This document shows, piece after piece, positions 52,079 through 61,100 of a DNA stretch of 64,000 bases; positions within the stretch are counted from its first letter, which is position 1, and the number at the start of each line of letters is the position of its first letter. The notes under the pieces were generated by a model. The model saw only the letters and a list, made by a program, of their open reading frames with translations. It ran no database searches and was not told the DNA's origin. This stretch comes from an uncultured Desulfobacter sp. Lineage in GTDB: Bacteria; Desulfobacterota; Desulfobacteria; Desulfobacterales; Desulfobacteraceae. Made by a program: the position numbers and the translations under genes. The stretch lies in the NCBI GenBank assembly GCA_963665095.1, contig OY762069.1, positions 1,184,001 through 1,248,000 of the forward strand, read 5' to 3'.

Positions 52079-53509
52079 TCACCCAAGGCGCTCCAGAAGG
52101 CGCTGATGAATATTCCCAAACCCGCCATTGGACATGATCAGAACAATATCTTTGGATTTCAGTTCAGGGGCAAGAAAATCAATAATCTGGTCAGGTTCCT
52201 GAAAATGCCGGGCCTGCCCTCCCCTTTTACAGATATCTTCGGTCAGGTGTTCGGGTGAAAACCGCTGGCTTTCAGGAATATTCTTTTTTACCCCGGGCGA
52301 ACAGATACACACCAGATCGGCCTGATCAAAACAGGCAGGATAGGTTTCCTGGAAAATACTGCGCATACTGGTGTTGGTTCTTGGTTCAAATACTGCCACA
52401 AGACGCCCTTCAGGGTAAAAGGGCTTGACAGCTGCAATGGTCTCCTTTACAGCGGTCGGGTGGTGGGCAAAATCATCCATCACAGTAATGCCTCTGACCT
52501 TTCCGCGTATTTCCTGGCGTCTGCGTACGCCGGAAAAAGTGGAAAGCCCCTTACCAATAATGTCAGTGTCAATTCCCATGCTGCGCGCTGCAGCCGTACA
52601 GGCTATGGCGTTGAGCAAGTTGTGCCGTCCGATTAGATCTGTTAGCACAGGTAGATCTGTCCGTGGACCTGTAAAGCGCGCAAGCGTATGTAACCGGCCG
52701 GTATCAGGGTCAGGCTCACGACTTATACCATGATCCGAAATCTGCCACAGGGCATCGTCTCCATAGGTTTCAGGAACCACCCCGGCCCGTTCAAGCACAT
52801 TCATCAGGGTTTGATTCTCACCGCAGGCAATGATGCGGCTGTTCTTTTTTATTTTAACTGCCAACGCTTCAAAAGCCCTGCAAATATGACTGAGGTCGTC
52901 AAAGATATCAGCATGATCAAATTCAATTCCCGTCATAATGGTGATGGCAGGATCATAGTGCATGAACTTCGGGCCCTTATCAAAAAAGGCCGTGTCATAC
53001 TCATCTCCTTCAATGACCATATATTGCCCGGTACCGATTTTAAAAGAAGAGTTAAAATCCTTTAAAATGCCGCCGATCATGAACGAAGGGGACATGCCGG
53101 CCGTTTCAAGCAGATGGGCCATAATGGCAGATGTCGTAGTTTTCCCATGGGTACCGGTCACAAGAATTATCTTTTTGCCCCTGGCAACAAATCGGTTCAC
53201 GGCCTGGGGCATGGACATGTAGGAAAGGCCTCTTTCCATTACAGCCACTGCCTCAGGGTTTTCCCGGGTCACCGCATTTCCGATAATTACAAGATCCGGA
53301 ACGGCTTTCGGGTCCTGGCTGATATTTGCCGGGTCAAAGCCTTCGAACAGTTCAATTCCGTTTTCTTTAAGGAAATCACTCATGGGCGGATATACATTGC
53401 GGTCAGATCCGGTAACCGTATACCCTTGTTCTTTTAAAATACAGGCCAGAGTCCCCATGCCGGTGCCGCAGGCGGCAACCAGATGAATACGTTTAATTGA
53501 GTCTGTCAT
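52079..53509 (-). CDS. mpl: Murein peptide ligase Mpl (MurC-like)
   Basis: CGTGMG, GTHGKTTT, EGDEYDTAFFDKGPKF, DDFAHHPTA, FEPRTNT, MSNGGFG. Confidence 0.9.
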   Translation of the reverse strand: MTDSIKRIHLVAACGTGMGTLACILKEQGYTVTGSDRNVYPPMSDFLKENGIELFEGFDPANISQDPKAVPDLVIIGNAVTRENPEAVAVMERGLSYMSMPQAVNRFVARGKKIILVTGTHGKTTTSAIMAHLLETAGMSPSFMIGGILKDFNSSFKIGTGQYMVIEGDEYDTAFFDKGPKFMHYDPAITIMTGIEFDHADIFDDLSHICRAFEALAVKIKKNSRIIACGENQTLMNVLERAGVVPETYGDDALWQISDHGISREPDPDTGRLHTLARFTGPRTDLPVLTDLIGRHNLLNAIACTAAARSMGIDTDIIGKGLSTFSGVRRRQEIRGKVRGITVMDDFAHHPTAVKETIAAVKPFYPEGRLVAVFEPRTNTSMRSIFQETYPACFDQADLVCICSPGVKKNIPESQRFSPEHLTEDICKRGGQARHFQEPDQIIDFLAPELKSKDIVLIMSNGGFGNIHQRLLERLG

Positions 53510-54795
53510 TAAATTTCTGCCATGACCTGCCTTGCAGCATTTAACGTCGCTTGGATATCATCATCCGTATGGGCTGCAGATATGAAACAGGCCTCAAACT
53601 GGGATGGGGCAAGGTAAATTCCCTTTGAAAGCATGCCCCGGTAGAACCGTGCAAACCGGTCCAGATCACAGGTCTTGGCATCTTCAAAATTACGGACTGT
53701 ACGGTCCGTAAAAAAGAAACCGGCCATGGATCCAAAATGGTCGGCTGTAAAAGGAATACCCGCATCATCAGCAGCTGCTTTCAGCCCATTTACAAGCATA
53801 TCCGCCCGCCGGTCCATATCAGCATAAAGTGTATCATCCTTAAGTGCGGTCAACGTTGCAACTCCGGCGGCCATGGCCAGGGGATTGCCGGAAAGGGTGC
53901 CGGCCTGATACACATTACCCACAGGGGCAATCTGCTCCATGATGTTACGCTTACCGCCATAGGCCCCCACAGGCAGCCCGCCACCAATCACCTTGCCGAA
54001 ACAGGTCAGGTCCGGCTCAATATTAAAAAGGCCCTGGGCACAGGCCATCCCCCCTACCCTGAAGCCTGTCATCACCTCATCAAATATAAGCAGGGCACCA
54101 TGGTTAGCAGTCTCTCTGCGAAGGACCCGTAAAAAATCAGGCAGGGGGGCAACCATACCCATATTTCCCCCGACAGGCTCAAGGATGACACAGGCTATTT
54201 TATCTCCTTTTTCAGCCATAAGCCGTTCAACACCGTCAATATCATTGTAAGGCAGAGACAGAGTATTACGGATCACGTCAGCGGGAACGCCGGGGCTTCC
54301 GGGAATACCAAGGGTTGCAACACCGGAACCGGCCGCCACCAGAAGCGTATCTGCATGGCCATGATAGCAGCCGTCAAATTTTACAATAAGATCACGACCT
54401 GTATATCCCCTGGCCAGCCGGATGGCGCTCATGGTGGCCTCGGTGCCTGAATTGACCATTCTTAACATATCCACTGAGGCCACAGCATCGACAACCAGCC
54501 CGGCAAGTTCGTTTTCAAGGGGGTTGGGGGCACCAAAACTGGTACCAGATTCAAGCACTGACTTTAACGCCTCAATCACAGATCTCGGCCGATGCCCGAG
54601 AATAAGCGGTCCCCAGGAAAGCACATAATCAACGTATGAGTTGCCGTCGGCGTCAAACAGCCTGGACCCCTCTCCTTTTGTGACAAAAACAGGTTCTCCG
54701 CCCACTGCACCGCAGGCCCGCACAGGAGAGTTGACCCCGCCCGGAATTAATGTTTTTGCCAATTTAAATAAAGCTGCTGAGTTTGCCCGCTCCAT
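53509..54795 (-). CDS. hemL: Glutamate-1-semialdehyde 2,1-aminomutase
   Basis: PGGVNSPVRA, NSGTEATMSA, GKVIGGGLPVGA, YQAGTLSGNP. Confidence 0.97.
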   Translation of the reverse strand: MERANSAALFKLAKTLIPGGVNSPVRACGAVGGEPVFVTKGEGSRLFDADGNSYVDYVLSWGPLILGHRPRSVIEALKSVLESGTSFGAPNPLENELAGLVVDAVASVDMLRMVNSGTEATMSAIRLARGYTGRDLIVKFDGCYHGHADTLLVAAGSGVATLGIPGSPGVPADVIRNTLSLPYNDIDGVERLMAEKGDKIACVILEPVGGNMGMVAPLPDFLRVLRRETANHGALLIFDEVMTGFRVGGMACAQGLFNIEPDLTCFGKVIGGGLPVGAYGGKRNIMEQIAPVGNVYQAGTLSGNPLAMAAGVATLTALKDDTLYADMDRRADMLVNGLKAAADDAGIPFTADHFGSMAGFFFTDRTVRNFEDAKTCDLDRFARFYRGMLSKGIYLAPSQFEACFISAAHTDDDIQATLNAARQVMAEI

Positions 54796-54929
54796 ATTAT
54801 CTACCCCTTGTTTTATCTGGCTTTTAAAATTTGGATCACTTCTTTAAAATCTTTGTAATATATCAAATTAGCCTCAAAAGGGTCAACTGCTTTGGTTTTA
54901 TAAAAACCAATATCAATGTAAAAAACCCA

Positions 54930-54958
54930 TTGACAAGGGCCTCAACCGCTGATATTTT
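54930..54958 (+). promoter_or_regulatory. Sigma70 promoter of tRNA-Lys
   Basis: TTGACA-N17-TATTTT. Confidence 0.6.
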
Positions 54959-54975
54959 TCCCAAGTTAATTTTTC

Positions 54976-55051
54976 GGGCCATTAGCTCAATTGGTAGAGC
55001 AACTGACTCTTAATCAGTAGGTCCAAGGTTCGATCCCTTGATGGCCCACCA
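54976..55051 (+). tRNA. tRNA-Lys (anticodon CTT)
   Basis: GGGCCAT/ATGGCCC acceptor stem, D arm AGCTCAATTGGTAGAGC, anticodon CTT at 55009-55011, GGTTCGATCC, encoded CCA. Confidence 0.97.
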
Positions 55052-55059
55052 CCGAAAAT

Positions 55060-55096
55060 AAAGCCGATCCGCTTCAAATAAGCATTTCGGCTTTTT
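55060..55096 (+). terminator. Terminator-like hairpin after the tRNA
   Basis: AAAGCCGA...TCGGCTTT followed by further Ts. Confidence 0.55.
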
Positions 55097-55189
55097 ACTT
55101 TCCTGGACCGTATCCCGGCATAAATCGGCATATCCGGACCGATTTACAACACGTTGTTGTAACTCTTGTTGTAAAAAATTTGCCGAAAT

Positions 55190-58100
55190 TTATGTCCTGG
55201 CACGCTCTCTTTTACTGGGCCGAAATGCCATTTTAATTCTATTCTTAATTGTCCTTTCCGTGATCAGGGGAACAACATCATCCAGCCTGTTGCTTTTTAC
55301 CCTGGCATTAAATCTCTGGATATCCATAATGATATCCCGCCATTCAGACGGATCCTTTTTTGAAACAGGCAGAGCATGATAATGAATAATCCGACTATAG
55401 AGCATACGCTTTCTTTCTGTATACTGGCGCTTCAGGGTTGTTTCGTTCCACTGGATCTCTCTGGGCTTTGCAATCTTGGTTGGATTCATGCCGGCAGCCC
55501 GCATGAGCCCGGTTCCCAGATCCCCTTTGATCTGCTCATTACCAAAGAAAACAGGGTCACCGGCCCTTGTTGTCACACCCTTGGTGGCTTCCCGATAAGC
55601 CTTTGCCACATTACCCATGGCAAGCGGAGTAATTTTTTCAATCCCTTTCAGGTAATCACCATGGGTGATATTCTCTGCGCCCTGGTAGATATTGCGCATC
55701 ATCCCGCCGATTGGGCCAAGTGCGTCCAGGGGTTCTTCAAAATCCGGCAGGCCTGGTGCAAGGGAACCTTTCAAAGAGACGCCGGCCAGGCCCGGCAGTC
55801 CGTAGCGGGCAATATCCTCGCCCGTTTCCCCGAATAATTGTTCTGCAAGTTGATATATTTTTTCTTCCGGGTCATCCTCTCTCATGGCTTTGAAAATCAA
55901 TTTTACAGCCGGCAAAAGAATGGAGCTTGCGGCGCCACCGAAAACCATGGGGGAGAGCATCATATATGCGGCTGCCCCGGCCTGCTTCCGGCCGATCATA
56001 TAAGACAATGTGGTAAAGTAATTGTGAATGAAGGTTTGAAAAATATACATGGCCGAAGCGGCCCGCAGCCCCCGGCCCTTTCTCAGTAACGCCGGCTGAT
56101 TTTCAACACCATAAATCCCATGAGCACGGTCTGACACTTTTTTTGCTTTCATCAGGGCTTCTTCTTTGTTCATTCCAGGATTTTCAGCAATGATACCTTT
56201 ATATGCAGCCAGGATGGTCACCCCGCGGTTAAATTCTTCCGTAATTTTGAACGGTGTCATCAATAATTCAACCGCCCTCCCATACTTCTGGGCCGGGCCG
56301 GATTTAAGGGCGTTAACGGTCTCCATATTCAGCTGGGCCGCAACCCATCCCCTGGAGAAGATATCCTCAAGGACGGCACGATCCGCCTTTGAAACCACCC
56401 CTTTGCCCGTAACAAAGGAAGCATATGTTTTCCCAGCCTTTACAACATGCTGGACAGTCCGCTGCAAAGGGATCCCGCCATAGGCATCCATTGCCGCCGG
56501 CACCGTGGTCCCCAGGGCAGTTAGGTTGATTGCAGCAGAAGACAGGCGCCCTCCTAAAAACCAGACAGATGCAAGGCCCTTGAGAGTGTTAATCACCCGG
56601 TCCCCGGCCTCATCATTCTTGAGGACGTTTTCAACGGCGTTCACAACATCGGTATAAGCCCGTTTCTGCCGTTTAGGGTCAATCATGTGGGTTTGGATGT
56701 ATTCACGGTATTCACGGTGAATGTTGCCTCTTAACCGGGCAATTTCCTGATGGGCATCTGCAGCTTGCTTATCATCTTTCCACTTCCGAATTTTTTCTTT
56801 TTCCCTGAACAGGGTACCGATCCTGAAAAGACGGTCTTGTCTGGATTTTTCAGATTCGGTCTTCACCCCTGCCCGTTCCCGTTGCAGTTGTTTTATTTCC
56901 CGGTCAATTTCGGCAATTCTTTCCTCTTCGGTCCTGGAATTCCTCTGAAGGTTTTTTAAATGATCTTCTGCAGCTGTCAGGGTCTCATAGTCCTTGTGCT
57001 GTTTCTGCCATTCATCCCAGGAGTAGTGCTGGCCAGTAATGGCTTTTGATGTATTCAAGGCAACCTGCTGTTTTGCAAAACCGCCGGCTGCTGAATTCAC
57101 TGCCTGGGCAATGGCCTTCAGCGGATCCGTCTCGTATCCAATCGGGACATCTTTTCCCACGGCATCAGACCGGGATATCATCCGTGCCCGGCTGCCCCTT
57201 GCACGCAATGTGTCAGCCAGTTGATTGACCAGGCTCTGGGCAATTTCAAAGGAGACATCGGTTTCCTGACCCCTGGCAGCATAAAGAGCATTGGTCACAA
57301 TTTCTTCTATATCTTTCGGGGCATTTTCAAACCAGTACCCAGGGGACCATGAATTCCCGCTGCGCCCTTTATCAGAATACTCACGGCCGCCAAGTTTCTC
57401 CAAGACCGATGCAGACCATTCATAGACACCGCCATTAGGCATGTAATAGCTGTCACCTCTCCACCTGCCTCTTAACCCAAGGTCTGCAAGATTTCGGGTC
57501 TTCACATCCATTTTGGTTTCGGATAAGGCTTGGTTCACCATGGCTTGGGTGGACAGGATGTTCTTGATATTTTGGTAAACATCTTCCGACATGCTACCGA
57601 CTTTTTTCACTTCGACCTCATACCCCAGGGCTTTCATTTTGCCGGCAAGGAAATCAGCCGTTTTTTTAAAGTCACGGTACTCAATGACATCGTGCTCCCC
57701 GTCTTTTTTTGAATATACCCGCCAATCGCCATTGGACCGTTGCCTGGGGAAATAATAGGAGGAGCGTTCGCCCATCTTGGCCAAAGCCACCTTCAAATCA
57801 ATCCTGACTTCGCCTGATTTTGTCCGGATCACGACGTCAGGAAGGGTCAGCCCCCGGGCCTCATATTCTTTAATGATGGATTCCCAGGACTCTGCATAGA
57901 AGTCATGCAGGTTGGCTGTCATGTTCCTGAATGCCCTCAGTGCATCGCGGCCTGCCGGGTTATCATACTCATCAACTTCATAATTTATGGACCAGGTCCT
58001 GGCTTCGGCTTTGGATCGAAACCCGGATTTCAAAAGCTTACGCTTCCCTGTTCTCTCATCCTTGGCGGAATAGACTTTCCACTCTCCTGGTTCGCCCTCC

Positions 58101-61100
58101 ATAACCAGGTTCCCGATCTGGTAAATATCTCGATCAACCAGATACTCTTTAAGTTCGGAGTATGTGGCTTTATCATGCTTCTGCAAATCCTCAATCGTGC
58201 CAATCATGGATTCTTCGCCATTTTTAAACAGCTCGTTTTCTTTTTGGAATTTCCATTCCGGCCGCTTCAGCAACTCTTCAAATGCCAGCTTCAAAGCAGG
58301 GATCTTTTCAGAGTAATGGGACATCAGACCCAGGACATTTTCAACAACACCGATATCCTCTTTATAGTCCGGGCCCATGTTCTTTCTGTTTTCCAAGACG
58401 CCTTTAAGCCCGGCTGCAATCTGGCTGTACGTTTTCTTTTTTTCACCTTCAGTTGGTGTGAGGATGTCCTGAGACGTTTGGTAAAGGGCCTCGTCGGAAT
58501 CTAAAGCTCTCATCCCGTTTACGTTCGGTGCAGGCAGCTGGTTGGTGTCACGCATACTGATCAACCGGCCGAAGGGGTTTGTTGTTATGATGTCATTCAC
58601 GCTTATGCCCTGAGTAGTTAGGCCTTCCGCCAGGCGTTCGTACAATTTATTTCGGTTCGTGTTGGCAAAGGTCTGCATGTTAATAACTGCCTGGACAGCA
58701 TTGACTCCTGAGGCCTTGGTCAAGATATCCCTGGCGGCCTCCCGGATTGTTTCTCCCTTTTTAAAAGGGATGAACACCACTTCTCTGTGCCCTTCATCCG
58801 TCAATAGGATTCCGTCCTGCTCTCCTTCGAACCGCTCCATTGCCGCCCATGCGTCCTTAATGCTGATCGGATTTTGCGGCTCCCTGGAAAGAATACGCCT
58901 TTCACTGACAGGAACTGTGCTTTTGGCTGGCAGTTGTTTTATTTTTTGAGCACCACCGACATGGTATTCATCGAACTCCAAGTATCTGCCGTCAGAGATA
59001 ACCAAACCATTGACGTTGATTCCGGCAAGCCTAAGGCCTAAACGGAGATCTCGCATAATGAGGCGGTCCTCGTCCGACGGTGCCAAATTTCCTGAAATGT
59101 GATTGTGAACCAGATAGGCTGCATGTGCAGATTTATTTTCCAGCAGATGCCCTGACAGTTGGTTGATATGAGCATCTGCCTTTCCGGACGATCCTTTGGA
59201 GAATTTATGGACCTCTAATACTTTTCCCGCTTTATCTGCTGTGAGGAGATAGACTTCTTCTTGAGCTGCTTCAGAAAGGCCAGATAGCATTTGTGCCGCA
59301 TCGGACACGTTGCGAACGGTTCTCCTTGGCACTCGGAGTTCTCCGGTTTCTCGCATTCCGATTCGTGCAAATCTGGGAACAGGTGTTTGTGTCTGTGTTC
59401 CACTTTTAACAACCCCTTTGGATAGATCTTTGTCGAGATCAATTATTTCAATAGAATCGTTGGCTTGATCTGGCTTCCGTTCGAAAGCTTTCCCAGATTC
59501 AATTTCCTTGGCCAATTTTCGTGAAGATGATTTCCCAATATACCGAAGCCCGTCCAGGAAATCCATAATCTTCTGGATAATCCTGTTGAAAACGGATTTA
59601 TCGCGGTACGCCTCCCGGTCTGCAATTATCTGGGCCAGGGTGTTGGCCCGGTCCTCTTCAGGCGTATTCAGGAGTTCATATCGATATTTATTCTCCTTAA
59701 TCAGTTTCGACCTGTGGACATCCAGGGAGAGTTCTTCGCTGCGGGTGACAATACCAAGATCCGTTAGCAGATGATACACCTCATGGGTAAGGGTCTGGCC
59801 GTCAGCAAGGTTCTGGTTCAGGGTAATGATTTGGTTCTTATATTTCCCCAGGATGACACCGCCTTCATCCATCCGGCCGATTTCCATGGCATACCGGATA
59901 TCATTGCCGCCAATGTGCTCAACGGCTTTTATCCGGCAGCCCTGGCCGTTTTTAAACCGCACTGATATGGATCCGTCAGGTGACAGGTTGACGAACTGTC
60001 CCTTGAAAAAATTTTGGATATCTTTCAAGGAAATCCCTTGGCCGAGCCTGGTGTCAATCTGGAACTTTTTCTTGACGGAATCAGATTTTGATTTTATATT
60101 AGATCCTGAGGGGTCACCCCCTCTTAAAGGCTCGCCCCCCGCGGCTTCTATCCGCGGTAAATTGCGAGCCTTTTTTATTTTCAACAACAAATCCGTGTCG
60201 TGATTGATGTTGTAATAAAAGTTGCCGTGCCTATCTTCCCCGATTGTTACCCCTGCTTGGTAAAGATTGTCCCCTATTTGAACATTTGCTGAGATATGAT
60301 GATAACGATAAACGTCCTTTTTTTTGCTTGAGAATTGACCGGGTTCGATAGCCCCATGTTTGATAATGTCAGGGATAGCCGGGATCAATTTGGCCTTAAT
60401 GGGATCACTTTTTAATCCGCGCTTAGTTTTGTCCCATCCGGTGCCTGTGATTCGGACAGGTCCCAATCCTTCCCGGACAACAGTCTTGACCTTTCTCTGC
60501 AGTTCTTCTCGAAAATATTTTTTTGCGGACTGGAAAAGCTCTTCCGGTGTCGCCCCTTTAATTTCTTCTCCAGAGAGTACGGCAACTGGTTTGGATTTCA
60601 AGTCATCGGATGTGGAATAAACAGCTTCTCCAGAATTTATATAAGCAATTTCTTTGACATCCGATTCATTTAAAATGATTTCCTTAAACTGACCGTTGAT
60701 ATTCGCAACCATTACAGGAGAGTGTTTATTAAGATCCCGCAAGCTTCGGGCCAACTCTATAAAAAATTCTGTTCTTTCGGTTTTACTGCCATCCTTGTTG
60801 TAAGGGATAAAGACTGTGGCGTTGGTTTGATCCATGGCTTCAAGGACTTCAGCGGCCACTTCCCGCTTTGATGTACCGGGAAGAAACTCCAGATACCCGA
60901 CTTCGTTCAACTGATTATCAGCAAGGATAAACCCGGACTCTTTGTCTTTTAAGACCTGGCTAACTGTATCTGGCGTGACCTTCACCCCTCGCTTTGAAGC
61001 TTTAAAGACCCGCTCCTTAACGGGGATAGAAACGCTTTTCTCTCCATCTAAAACAGAGTTATCCTGTGACAATGGACCAAACGCGTCAAACTTCCCCCAA

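Noticed and set aside
51898..52128. 76-aa ORF between mpl and the hemerythrin gene
   Set aside because: Overlaps the mpl end, with no clear RBS or motif.
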